From: Cyanophora paradoxa CCMP329
Taxonomy: Eukaryota; Plantae; Glaucophyta
Assembly (NCBI GenBank): GCA_004431415.1
Contig: QPMI01000573.1
Span: 1 to 48,318, forward strand
Length of the DNA stretch: 48,318 nt
Direction of reading: 5' to 3'
Below the pieces are notes generated by a model, which ran no database searches, was not told where the DNA came from, and saw only the letters and a list, made by a program, of their open reading frames with translations. Position 1 is the stretch's first letter; each line of letters begins with the position of its first letter. The position numbers and the translations under genes were made by a program. Below are positions 32,701 to 45,124 of this stretch, piece after piece.

Positions 32701-35700
32701 TTAAGATGGAGACTGGGCCGCGGACCTGCAGAGCCCGCCGTGCTTTTTGTGGCCGGAAAGTCGATGCTGGAGATTGAGCTCCTCGTATCATGGGCACACT
32801 TATCAATAGCGGCAGTTACGAAAATCGGCCTGCAGCTAGCATCGTTCGAAAAGAGCTATCCGCAGAAGCATTAAGATGGAGACTGGGCCGCGGAACTGCA
32901 GAGCCCGCTGCCGCTTTGCAATTCGTGGTCGGAACGTGGATATCGATGTTGGAGATTGAGCTCCTCGTATCATTAGTGCGCTTATCAATAGCGCCAGTTT
33001 CGAAAATCGGCCTGCAGCTAGCATCGCTCGAAAAGAGCTATCCGCAGAAGCATTAAGATGGAGACTGGGCCGCGGACCTGCAGAGCCCGCCGTGCTTTTT
33101 GTGGCCGGAAAGTCGATGCTGGAGATTGAGCTCCTCGGATCATGGGTACACTTATCAATAGCGCCAGTTTCGAAAATCGGCCTGCAGCTAGCATCGTTCG
33201 AAAAGAGCTATCCGCAGAAGCATTAAGATGGAGACTGGGCCGCGGACCTGCAGAGCCCGCCGTGCTATTTGTGACTGGAAAATCGATGTTGGAGATTGAT
33301 CTCCTCGTATTATGGGCGCTTATCAATAGCGGCAGTTTCGAAAATCGGCCTGCAGCTAGCATCGTTCGAAAAGAGCTATCCGCAGAAGCATTAAGATGGA
33401 GACTGGGCCGCGGACCTGCAGAGCCCGCCGTGCTATTTGTGACCGGAAAGTCGATGCTGGAGATTGAGCTCCTCGGATCATTAGTGCGCTTATCAATAGC
33501 GCCAGTTTCGAAAATCGGCCTGCAGCTAGCATCGTTCGAAAAGAGCTATCCGCAGAAGCATTAAAATGGAGACTGGGCCGCGGACCTGCAGAGCCCGCCG
33601 TGCGTTTTGTGGCCGGAAAGTCGATGTTGTAGATTGAGCTCTTCGTATCATTAGTGCTCTTATCAATAGCGCCAGTTTCGAAAATCGGCCTGCAGCTAGC
33701 ATCGTTCGAAAAGAGCTATCCGCAGAAGCATTAAGATGGAGACTGGGCCGCGGACCTGCAGAGCCCGCCGTGCTTTTTGTGGCCGGAAAGTCGATGCTGG
33801 AGATTGAGCTCCTCGTATCATGGGCACACTTATCAATAGCGGCAGTTTCGAAAATCGGCCTGCAGCTAGCATCGTTCGAAAAGAGCTATCCGCAGAAGCA
33901 TTAAGATGGAGACTGGGCCGCGGAACTGCAGAGCCCGCTGCCGCTTTGCAATTCGTGGTCGGAACGTGGATATCGATGTTGGAGATTGAGCTCCTCGTAT
34001 CATTAAATATTAGTGCGCTTACCAATAGCGCCAGTTTCGAAAATCGGCCTGCAGCTAGCATCGTTCGAAAAGAGCTATCCGCAGAAGCATTAAGATGGAG
34101 ACTGGGCCGCGGACCTGCAGAGCCCGCCGTGCTATTTGTGACCGGAAAGTCGATGCTGGAGATTGAGCTCCTCGGATCATTAGTGCGCTTATCAATAGCG
34201 CCAGTTTCGAAAATCGGCCTGCAGCTAGCATCGTTCGAAAAGAGCTATCCGCAGAAGCATTAAGATGGAGACTGGGCCGCGGACCTGCAGAGCCCGCCGT
34301 GCTTTTTGTGGCCGGAAAGTCGATGCTGGAGATTGAGCTCCTCGTATCATGGGCACACTTATCAATAGCGGCAGTTTCGAAAATCGGCCTGCAGCTAGCA
34401 TCGTTCGAAAAGAGCTATCCGCAGAAGCATTAAGATGGAGACTGGGCCGCGGAACTGCAGATCCCGCTGCCGCTTTGCAATTCGTGGTCGGAACGTGGAT
34501 ATCGATGTTGGAGATTGAGCTCCTCGTATCATTAGTGCGCTTATCAATAGCGCCAGTTTCGAAAATCGGCCTGCAGCTAGCATCGTTCGAAAAAGAGCTA
34601 TCCGCAGAAGCATTAAGATGGAGACTGGGCCGCGGACCTGCAGAGCCCGCCGTGCTATTTGTGGCCGGAACGTTGATATCGATGTTGGAGATTGAGCTCC
34701 TCGTATCATTAGTGCTCTTATCAATAGCGCCAGTTTCGAAAATCGGCCTGCAGCTAGCATCGCTCGAAAAGAGCTATCCGCAGAAGCATTAAGATGGAGA
34801 CTGGGCCGCGGACCTGCAGAGCCCGCCGTGCTATTTGTGACCGAAAGTCGATGCTGGAGATTGAGCTCCTCGGATCATTAGTGCGCTTATCAATAGCGCC
34901 AGTTTCGAAAATCGGCCTGCAGCTAGCATCGTTCGAAAAGAGCTATCCGCAGAAGCATTAAGATGGAGACTGGGCCGCGGACCTGCAGAGCCCGCCGTGC
35001 TATTTGTGGCCGGAAAGTCGATGCTGGAGATTGAGCTCCTCGTATCATGGGCACACTTATCAATAGCGGCAGTTTCGAAAATCGGCCTGCAGCTAGCATC
35101 GTTCGAAAAGAGCTATCCGCAGAAGCATTAAGATGGAGACTGGGCCGCGGAACTGCAGATCCCGCTGCCGCTTTGCAATTCGTGGTCGGACGTGGATATC
35201 GATGTTGGAGATTGAGCTCCTCGTATCATTCAATGATTAGTGCGCTTATCAATAGCGCCAGTTTCGAAAATCGGCCTGCAGTAGCATCGTTCGAAGAGCT
35301 ATCGCCAGAAGCATTAAGATGGAGACGGGCCGCGGACTGCAGAGCCGCCGTGCTATTTGTGCCGGAACGTTGATATCGATGTTGGAGATTGAGCTCCTCG
35401 TATCATTAGTGCGCTTATCAATAGCGCAGTTTCGAAATCGGCCTGCAGCTAGCATCGCTCGAAAGAGCTATCGCAGAAGCTTAAGAGGGACTGGGCCGCG
35501 GACCTGCAGGCCGCCGTGCTATTTGTGACCGGAAGTCGATGCTGGAGATTGAGCTCCTCGATCATTAGTGCGCTTATCAATAGCGCCAGTCTCGAAAATC
35601 GGCCTGCAGCTAGCATCGTTCGAAAAGAGCTATCCGCAGAAGCATTAAGATGGAGACTGGGCCGCGGACCTGCAGAGCCCGCCGTGCTTTTTGTGGCCGG

Positions 35701-35910
35701 AAAGTCGATGCTGGAGATTGAGCTCCTCGTATCATGGGCACACTTATCAATAGCGGCAGTTTCGAAAATCGGCCTGCAGCTAGCATCGCTCGAAAGAGCT
35801 ATCCGCAGAAGCATTAAGATGGAGACTGGCCGCGGACCTGCAGATCTTGAGCCCGCCGTGCTTTTTGTGGCCGGAAAGTCGATGCTGGAGATTGAGCTCC
35901 TTGTATTATG
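29750..35910. repeat. 170-bp tandem satellite, about 35 monomers, including 182-bp variants
   Basis: TAGCATCG starts at 30611, 30781, 30951, 31121 (period 170), then 31303 (182). Monomers are highly similar. Confidence 0.97.
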
Positions 35911-38255
35911 GAGTTCATGTTCAATTCACGATGTGCACGTGTGCATGCTATTGAAGCATTACACACGTGCACACGCTAGAGCTCCAGACTTTGCTTCCGC
36001 AAGTTTACTCCGGTGACTTTGCTCCAGGGGGAGAAGCCAGGGAGGGGTACCGGTCTCGTCATGCACGATTGTGCGCAGCTCCTTTCGGGTGTCGCCCTGT
36101 GGTCGGAGAACTAGCTAGAGCGCGCGATCCAGCTAGCTAGAGACTTTAGCACCGCCAGCTACCTTGGCGGCGCTCGGTCTGAGCATTCGGTACGCAACCA
36201 TATGCATTGGCAGACATCGGTCTCAAGAGCACCGATGTGGCAGCCGTACTTCGGTTGTAACGTAGCTGAAATCAATGCTTACCGCATTCGAAGCGCCGTG
36301 CGCTGCGTCCCAGCTCATAATGGTCGGGCCTGGGTGAAGTTGGCCGAGGTCGGGCCGCCCAACAACCTCCCCTTAAAAGCTGCAAATCGTCTCTAAACGA
36401 CCTTTTAGAACACTTGAACCAGTCAAGGCAGCCCGCGTGCGTCGCTCTCTTGACGAGTTGTGCTCGCATCCACGCCGGACCACAGAAGCTACCGGGCCAT
36501 CGGCGCTCAATGGATCCCGTGCACTTATGCCTAGCTAAGCACATTTAGCACGGCAGCAGTGCTTCCCCGCGCGGCTTTCCTAGGTGGGGTAAAGACAGGT
36601 GTGGTAAAGTCAGCCCTAACTGAGTGAAGTTGCAAGTTTACCATGTGGTAAACTTAATTCCTGGCTCCCAGTGTATTGTGAACTGCGGCTGAATTCGAAA
36701 ATGAAGTTGTCGAATATTCTAATCATATTTTGCAAGCGGATCCGTCTTTTAGCAATTATATTTTGTGCGAACTGTCCTCTAGGAACTAGAAACGAAATGA
36801 AACACCTATGTCCAGACTTCGGTCAATCTAGATCACGATCAATAGACTTTGGCCCCGCTGTGCTGCACGTCATCGAGGCGCTTGGCCGGGGCGCCACCGA
36901 AGACGACGGCACCCGGCGCCTTGTTGACTTGGAACGTCTGCTCCGATCGGAGTCAGGCCTAGGCCTCGCGACCGATCAACAACTGCAAATCCAAAAATGC
37001 GTGCCTTGTCAACCGAGCGGGCGCCATGATCTGATCGATGACGTTTCCGATCTCAGGGGCCTTTTCGGCGCTGATCCAGTGGTTGCTCTCGGCGCCAGCC
37101 CGCTGGAAGCCGATTTTGAATGCGCTGGACTCGTAGTGACCGCCGCCGCAGCAGATGCAACACGTGTCCTTCTCAGCGTGATCCACCTGCACACCGACGA
37201 ATTCGATGTCATAACTGATCATGATTGTAATGCATACGCATGCGCACCGAGCGGTAAACAGAAAACCCGGTGAGGTCCTTCACGAAGTGCGTGATGCTCT
37301 CTGCGCCACGGAATTAAAGGATTGCATTCGAATTCGTTAACCGAACACGCGCACCATACTCCTCAGTCCACTGCTTCGCATGATCCGGGTTGATCGGCTC
37401 CATGGACTCGGTTGCATTCTTGTTTCCCGAGACCAAACATCGCAAGTGGTGCCCTGCCGCGGTAACGGTGGCTCTCGTACCTGCCGAAAGTTGAAGGTCT
37501 CAACTTTCGCGTGCCACTGTGCAAGACTATAGCGCTTACTTGATTCGAAGGTCCGTGACGATGAGGCGCGCTTCATCGGGTCTCGCGCCGGCGGCTTGCA
37601 CAGCCCGCAGCAGTCCAAACACGTTTCAGCTGGACGGTAGGGGATTTGCATCTGCAAATCGAGACATGTAAAGGGTTTGGGTCGAACAACCGAAATTCCA
37701 AAGATATACGTAAACGTGCCTCCCACTTCCCATAGAGCTCCTCATCTTTTATAAGATCCATGTCCCTGAAAACGGCGCCATCATCAAATGGCGCACGCCA
37801 TCAACAACGTTCGACGCACTTCCATGCGAGTTGACGCGTGTTAACCTTGCTCTTGCCCATCTCTTCACAAGTTCAACAATGTGAGAAGCCTCCGAATTCG
37901 AAGCTGCACTACCGGCCGCGGCCGGGCGGGAATTTTCGAAGCTGTTGCTGTATACGTACGCGATATACGGTAGCCTACTAGGATAGTACGGTAGTTGCAA
38001 CTTGCAATTGCAATTGCCGTCGCCGTGACGTCGATTCGGCGAGCCTACCCGGTACTCGGCGAGCCTAGCTATATATATAGGCGGCCGGGCCTGACGCAGT
38101 GACTCACAGACTCACGTGTGCACACTGCACAGTGATCACTGATCATGAGGGGTCGCACGACGTACTTTACTCATTCAAGAGTCCGACCGTCGGACCAACA
38201 TTACATGGGTAACATGGCTAGTTGCACCGCGTTTCCCTGTGGAGTCGGTCGGGGC

Positions 38256-38657
38256 TAGGGTTGCCGTGTCCATGCCACTCCATGGACATGTCAGTCAACC
38301 CGGTGGACATGGACATTCGGACACGGACATGCCCGCCGACATGTCCGCGGACATTGAATATTTAATTAAATTAAATTATATAATATTAAATGCCAAAAGC
38401 TTAAGTGAGGCGGCGGGGCAGCTTTGGCGAGGTTCCCGCTGCCCTCCGCCTCTTTCCAAGCATCAGAGACGTGTTGCTAACTTTAGCAGTGTTCTGCTAA
38501 CGTGTTTAGAGCACGTTTAGCACGCGTTTCAGCCGGTTTCGAGGGGTATCCCCCCTAATGTCCACGGACATGTCCACCCGGACCCACGGACATTGACATG
38601 ACATGTCCGCGGACATGGACATGTCAATGTCCGCGGACATCGGACACGGCAACCCTA
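38256..38657. mobile_element. hAT-type MITE (402 bp)
   Basis: 16-bp TIR TAGGGTTGCCGTGTCC / GGACACGGCAACCCTA; 8-bp TSD GTCGGGGC (38248-38255, 38658-38665); subterminal GGACA(T) repeats at both ends. Confidence 0.92.
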
Positions 38658-38789
38658 GTCGGGGCCCCAGCTGCAGCAGACGGTACTACGGACTCTCTAG
38701 TACGGAGTCTACGGTACTACGGTATATGGTACGTGTATATGGTACTTTGATGCGCAGCGCCGCATGCGCAGACTCCGGCTCCGGCACTG

Positions 38790-39320
38790 ACCGGCAGTGC
38801 CGGGGCCGCGGCCGCCAACTCGCGATCGGCGCCAACTAACGCCGCCAAGTTAACTTAGTACTAAGTTAGTACTACTTAGTAGTAGTAACTAGTAAGTTGC
38901 GGCGCCGGCGCCAACTTCGAGTCACTGAGAGTCAAGTCCCGGTCCGGATCCCTCACTGAGTCAATTCACATGCAATGCAAACCGCGTGACGGTGAGCCGG
39001 CCCGGCGGGTCAGGTGATCGACTTCCGGCAGTGCCGCGGCGCCGGCCCGGGCCGCGGCCGCCAAGTTGCCGAAGTTGCGCCAACTTGCAACTTGGCAACT
39101 CGGCGCCAAGTTAACTTAGTACTACGGTACTAAGTTAGTAGTAGTAAGTTACTAGTAACTTAGTAAGTTGCGGCGCCGGCGCCAACTTCCGAAGTTCGAG
39201 TCAAGTCCCGGTCCGGACTCCGGACTCCGGACTCCGGGATCCCTCACTGAGTCAATTGCAATGCAAACCGCGTGACGGTGAGCCGGCCCGCCGGGCCGGC
39301 GGTCAGGTGATCGACTTCCG
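38790..39320 (+). repeat. Imperfect tandem duplication (about 240-290 bp)
   Basis: GGCAGTGCC...CCAAGTTAACTTAGTACTA...GAGTCAAGTCCCGGTCCGGA...GGTCAGGTGATCGACTTCC occurs twice. Confidence 0.8.
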
Positions 39321-41960
39321 TAACGTAACGGTAAGTTTCGTGCTGTACCAGCCTGTATATACGTACCGTAACGTACGTATACGTATACTCAGTATATGTA
39401 TATACCGTCATGATCACTACCGTAAAACACAATAAATGACGGTCAAATTTATGTCGTTTTAAAACCCGACCCTTCTCTATGCGAAACATGATGTCCCCGT
39501 CGTTATATATGCATATGTCGTTATCTCCCGTCCGAGGCGAAATAATTTGGGGATGACATAATAAAGCTTTTTAAGTGCGTACCTTCATATTCTGTTTTAC
39601 GGTATATTACCGTAGTACCGTGTACGGTGTTATCATAGTATATTACTTCCAGACTAAAATAATACCAGTTACCAAGTTACGGTTACCGTATACCGTATAC
39701 GTAGTTCACGTGCCGAGTCGTGCGAATACACGCAGAAAGCACATGATATTACAGAATAGCCTAGTAGAGGTAGGCAAGCCTGTATTTGATGAATTTGTTT
39801 GGCCCGCGACCGTCGGACATGCGCTAGCCTAGTAGAAATGAGAAGCTAGTTTACGTCAAGCTTAATTATAAGAGGCCGCCTCTCCCCCCCTCGGCTCGAG
39901 CCCTGGCTGGCCGGCTCGACCTAGCTCGCCCCCTGGCTCGAGCCAGCCGCTGAGCCCTCCCCTCCGAGGCTCTCCGAATATTTCCGATGTGACACGTGCA
40001 CTGTACATGTGACAGCCTACCGCAGCCGAGGTCCGCAAGTAAGTTAATGAGGCTGTGGCCGGATTCACCAACAAAAAAACGTTTAATGCGACGTCGACAT
40101 GAAGAAATTAATTACATAATGCGGTTATATATATTAATTAGCTCGACCCGGACGGTGGCCGGACCCCGGCCGCGAAATGGCCCTAATTGTGACATTGCAA
40201 TTGATGCGGCACAAAATTATATAAAAAATGCGTTTTGAAGCTTTTCGCATAGCGTATACCGTATACCGTATACGTACGTAGGTAGTAGACTACTAGTACT
40301 AGTAGTTCGGAAGCTGCAGCTGGGCCCTCGGGGGGTACAAACAGTAGTTTATGAGCGTTTTGAAAGCAATATTTTAATTAAGTATTATACTATGATACAA
40401 AATTAAGCTACTGGGCTATCGATCGCGACGATATCTAGATCTGGGCTTGCGAAGACGTGAGTCACGTCACGATATCTCAGAGTCTGGGCTTGCGAAGTCA
40501 CGTACGCGTGGCGTCGTCAATTGCAAGCGCCGCGCCGCGGCACGGCGCGGCGCCGCGGCGGGCCGGCGGCCCGGCGGCGTTCTAGCATGGAATGTGGAGA
40601 CTTGCAATCGAGCTCGATTCCACGAACAGTCACCAAGGCGATGAACTCAAAATTTTGACGCGGTTGCAAAAAATTGCCTATGTAACCGCGCGTCACTGCG
40701 GCGTCAGGACTCAGGAGTCAGGACCCCATGGCCAGGGGCCCAATTGCAACGACCGAAGCGACCAAGTGCCAAAAAAATGATCATCGGATGTCATGGGCCT
40801 CATCATCGGCCCTCATGGCCCCTTCGGTCGTTAACAAGTGTCAATTTCAATTTCAATTTGTCCATTCATGCATCGCGTTAATTCGCTACCGATTCATGCA
40901 TCGCATTTATATATTTTACCGGTCTCGCGACCGATACTGGAAGTCGGGTAATATTTAAGACGCCTTCGAATCCCGCCCGGCCCGTTTCAGAATCTCATTC
41001 GATCATGCCCTACGTATACTGTGCCGTCACGTCTCGCACGTCTAGGGGAGAGACGTAGACCCACACCGCGTACAACAGTGTACGGACCTGCGATGCACTC
41101 GACTGTAGGCCAGCCCGAGTCCCAGGCAGCCCGTAGCTATGAGATTGCAAGCCGCAGTGCTAGTATTAATTACAGCTGCTACGTAAGCCCAAGTTACTTA
41201 GTTAACGCTGTACCAAGCTCGATTAATTGGTAATCACAAGTCTGCCCGAGTCCACTAGACTCTGACTATTTACGGGGCTAAGCCACCGCGTGCCACGTCG
41301 GCTCAGGCCCTGGCCACGTCGGCTCGGGCCCTTCAGCGCCACGTCGGCTCGGGCCCTTGAGCGCCGCCGTGCACGTGTCGGGCCGGGGGCCCCTCCGGGA
41401 CCGGGTACGCCGCGCCCGGCGGCCGGCACCCCTCGAGGCCCGCGGCGGGTACGCCCCCACGTTGATCGCGAACTCGCGATCGCGCCCGCACATTCGCCGC
41501 AGCACAAGAAAGCCGTCCTCGGCGTCCATCCCGCGACGTTCGCCGCAGCAAATCGAAAGTCCCCGAATATTTACATATCCACAATTCAGAAGGGTGAGCT
41601 GCCGAACAACGACATCGACCGGCTCCGTCCCTTCGCAACTCGCAGTTGACGTCGGCCCCGCAGCCGCCGCTGCCCTCGACGTCTTGCGAGTCTGGCCCCT
41701 CCGGCCTGCGGCTGGATCTGTAGACGGCGAGAAAAGAGGAGTCCTGTGCTGCAGAACGCGGACGCCGCCGCGACGAGCACTTCCAAAATTTCCGCTCTTG
41801 TTCTCAAATCCGCCTGACGAGATTCTCCGCCCATTTTCGACCCCAGAATAAAATTAGCGGCCGGACGCACAGCTAAATTGACGGTTGCTGTGGGTCCGCC
41901 GGCGGTAGGTGCACTTGCACATCGAGTCCGAAGACCGAGAATGTCCGCCGAGGTTGCTCA

Positions 41961-42243
41961 ACACATAGTAAAATGCGGAGTTTTAACCCTCGGCTTATCT
42001 TAATTGATTTTGTTGATATATCTCGTATATTCTATTTCAATCAATCGATAATCTGTGTATATCTTATCGAATAGTCATTTATTTCGATTATTTTGTATTC
42101 TTTTCGATATTTTATCGTAAATTTCTCTTATTTTCCGATTAGTCTTACTGAGTCTATCGATAATCTGTATATATTTCCGAATATTATAACTGAATCTCAA
42201 TTAGATCTTGCCTCTGGTTAAAACTCCGCATTTTACTATGTGT
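41961..42243. repeat. Terminal fold-back of element 2
   Basis: Perfect 28-bp IR ACACATAGTAAAATGCGGAGTTTTAACC (41961-41988 / 42216-42243), with a 227-nt spacer bounded by CTCG...CCTCT. Confidence 0.95.
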
Positions 42244-42954
42244 GATTGGTCTGTTTGTTAATTGATTTAATCGATATTATATTCATGTACTTTCTCGATT
42301 AAATTTAATTAAATTTAATTCATTTAATCGGAAATATATCGCTAAACTCGATTAAGATCCATAAATGATTCATTTGTTAAATAAAACAAATCGATCTCTT
42401 ATTGAATCCAATCGTAATTATACATGAAACTTATATGTTTTTATCATGTGTTTTAATGATTCTAAGGGGGGACCCTTAGGATTTTTGAAATAATTGGGTG
42501 TGACACATACCATATTCAGTAAGGACCTCTTATATTGTGAAAATCTCAGTGTTAGTTGTGTAGTTGATTCAAAAAATGCATTTTATACTCTGATTCATTG
42601 TTATTTCCTGTGAAATTTGAGTCAACTCAACCCACTTAGTCAACCCTTGTATTGAATTCGTAACAAAATCCATATACTATTACTACTTTTACGATTAATA
42701 TGAGTCAACCTTGAGTCCACTTTAATAATAGGGGGAATCTTGGGGAGATGTCATTGTAGAAAGCTATTGTAGTAAAATGATATATTATGTCCTTTTGTTA
42801 CAATAGCTGATCAATGTTATTGTTAGAAAACAAAGGAATCCTTTCACTGGGATTTTGTTTTTTACGGTTATAAAATTGTATCTGTGGTGCATTTTGTCGA
42901 ATTGCTTGTATTAAACTGTTTTGCTCTTCTATGTATTCGATCGTACTTTTATGT

Positions 42955-43270
42955 GAAGGTTACATTAATGTTTAAAAAGTTACATGGAGTTACGTGATGG
43001 GTTACGTAGATATTTTACGATTACTAAGACCATTCTCAGTGTTAAAATGGTTGATTTATCGCTATTTTGTCACTGTGAGTTACGGTTACGCAACTTTTTG
43101 AATTCTTTCTGAAAATTTGGCTGGGGGTCTTTTTTAGGTGAAGGTCTAAAACTTGCGTAACCACGTAACTTGCGTAACCTCTACGACATTATGGTGTCAT
43201 TTCTCTATACTTTTAGGTTACGTAACGTTTTACTTACGTAACTTGTGTAACCTTAACGTAACCTTGTTAT
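42955..43270. repeat. GTTAC iteron module, copy 1 (about 310 bp)
   Basis: GTTAC units, GTTACGGTTACGCAACTTTTT...AAACTTGCGTAACC.CGTAACTTGCGTAACC...GTGTAACCTTAACGTAACCTT. Confidence 0.9.
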
Positions 43271-43341
43271 TTTCTTACATTTAATCACTGTTATATATGA
43301 TATCATGATAACTAAAAATGATACATGATAATTGCTTATCT

Positions 43342-43803
43342 TTAACCACGTAGAGATGTTAGATGATCACAATCGAACATCTTAAAGATCTTGCATATCT
43401 CATTTTCAGGATCGGTGACATACCATAGACGGTGTCGCTTATCAAATAAAGCGCCTTGGTTTTTAATGTATTTACGTAATGATGCCTGGGTAAATATACG
43501 TTTAGCTTCTATTTCAGGTAGTTTAGTTTTTATGTCACCAACGAAATATAGACGTTTCGGGCGATTATGATAATCAGGATCGATAACGATGGGGTTTATT
43601 GTAGGAAAGTGCTTTAAGATTCTGTGAAACTTGTAGCAAACAAACCAATACCCTGTGTCATCATCGAATTTAACGCCACAATCTTTGATATCTAATAGTG
43701 ATCTGAAACAAGTATTACGGAGGTTGCTTATATCCAACATGTAAGCGCCGTAGTAATGGTGCGGCTCGTTTGTGGTGTTTCCGAAATAAATGAATTGATC
43801 CAT
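43342..43803 (-). CDS. Tandem DUF5710-like protein
   Basis: IKDCGVKFDDDTGYWFV and IKNQGALFDKRHRLWYV; AAAATTGAC 26 nt upstream. Confidence 0.65.
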   Translation of the reverse strand: MDQFIYFGNTTNEPHHYYGAYMLDISNLRNTCFRSLLDIKDCGVKFDDDTGYWFVCYKFHRILKHFPTINPIVIDPDYHNRPKRLYFVGDIKTKLPEIEAKRIFTQASLRKYIKNQGALFDKRHRLWYVTDPENEICKIFKMFDCDHLTSLRG

Positions 43804-43884
43804 TTGTAATCAGATGTTAAAAAGATTGTCAATTTTTCATAAATCCTTCTCTGTAAAGTTTTGGTTAAACAATTGGAAAACTGC

Positions 43885-44210
43885 GGTTACACAACAGTTA
43901 CACGGCGGTTACACTTGGTTACGCGGGGTTACAGGTGAGGTTACGTAGTGATTTTTCGATAAACCACACCATTTTCAGTGTGGTAATCGATAAAAATAAC
44001 CATTTAGATCCATTGAGGTTACGGTTACGCAACTTTTTGAATTCTTTTTAAAAAAATGGCTGGGGGTCTTTTTATAGGTGAAGGTCTAAAACTTGCGTAA
44101 CCGCGTAACTTGCGTAACCTCACGAGATTTATGGTGTCTTTTTGGTATTTTTAAGGTTACGTAACGTTTTTACTTACGTAACCTGTGTAACCTTAACGTA
44201 ACCTTATTAT
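43885..44210. repeat. GTTAC iteron module, copy 2
   Basis: Near-identical to copy 1, same orientation. Confidence 0.9.
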
Positions 44211-44340
44211 AACATCTTAAAAATGTCATCTGTTATCAAACGGTAGCGGGTGCGATACATAAGATCATGTCACGAGAAGCGATAGGATCCGCTTGTGAAG
44301 CGATGAAAAAATGAAGCAAATCTTAAAACTTAAACAATAA

Positions 44341-44841
44341 GTGAGATACAGCGGAATGTACAATATGAACGCGTCGGATATCCTGACCTACATTAAGAGT
44401 ATTACCCATATTCCTGTTCTCATCGATGCTGACCTATCTTTAAAGAAGGCAAACCCTAACACTATCTGTATTGTGCCGTATGATACTAAACATCGTGCGT
44501 ATTTCGAAATGTTTCGTAAAAACTTGGGTTATTCACCTAATACCCGTTTCGTCTGCTTTCTCACATTAGAGACTCACTATATTCTTGTTCCGGTTCTTAC
44601 TGAAACATCGTGTAAATCGTTTATCTCTAAGATCATCTCTAAATGGTCTATTAACCTACCTGCGCAATCTAATGAAACTAAGGAGTGCGTCATATGCCTT
44701 GATGACTGTAAAACTAAAATACAAATGTCTTGTTTGACATGTTTCGCCAAAATGTGCAACACATGCTATTTACAGTTGAAGAGATCAGAGAGCTTTAAAT
44801 GTCCGATCTGTCGTAATGACATAAAGACGCAACGTGATTAA
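44341..44841 (+). CDS. RING-finger protein (putative E3 ligase)
   Basis: CVIC...CLTC....CNTC...CPICR at the C-terminus. Confidence 0.85.
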   Translation: MRYSGMYNMNASDILTYIKSITHIPVLIDADLSLKKANPNTICIVPYDTKHRAYFEMFRKNLGYSPNTRFVCFLTLETHYILVPVLTETSCKSFISKIISKWSINLPAQSNETKECVICLDDCKTKIQMSCLTCFAKMCNTCYLQLKRSESFKCPICRNDIKTQRD

Positions 44842-44890
44842 TGTAAAAATTGATGGAAGATAAAAGTTTTTCTGAGTGTGCCGCTCTGAC

Positions 44891-45094
44891 ATGAAAGAGA
44901 AAATGAATAATGGACATTGGGTAACTTTGGCGACATTGCATAATAAGAAGATTGAGCTTATCCATCGGGAGGTTGATCTTAAACACACAAAAAGACAAGA
45001 CCATGAAAGACTACAAAATGTTAAACAGTATATTGATGCAATCGATGTAATGATAGATGTAGTGAATACGATCGCTAAAATTAAGACCATGTGA
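44891..45094 (+). CDS. Hypothetical small helical protein
   Basis: ORF preceded by AAAATTGA at 44846-44853. Confidence 0.5.
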   Translation: MKEKMNNGHWVTLATLHNKKIELIHREVDLKHTKRQDHERLQNVKQYIDAIDVMIDVVNTIAKIKTM

Positions 45095-45124
45095 ATTTCA
45101 TCGATAGCGCAAGCGCTATTTTTA

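Noticed and set aside
29750-35910. Possible CRISPR array
   Set aside because: The whole unit repeats, with no unique spacers and no cas genes.
29758-36016. Many 60-170 aa ORFs on both strands
   Set aside because: They are translations of the 170-bp satellite. The period is not a multiple of 3 and there is no domain signal.
36671-38000. Possible host gene or pseudogene fragments
   Set aside because: Several overlapping ORFs with no recognisable motif; strand and structure cannot be assigned.
41223-41870. GC-rich overlapping ORFs and a short GCCACGTCGGCTC repeat (3 copies)
   Set aside because: Open frames are expected at this GC content, and no domain was recognised.
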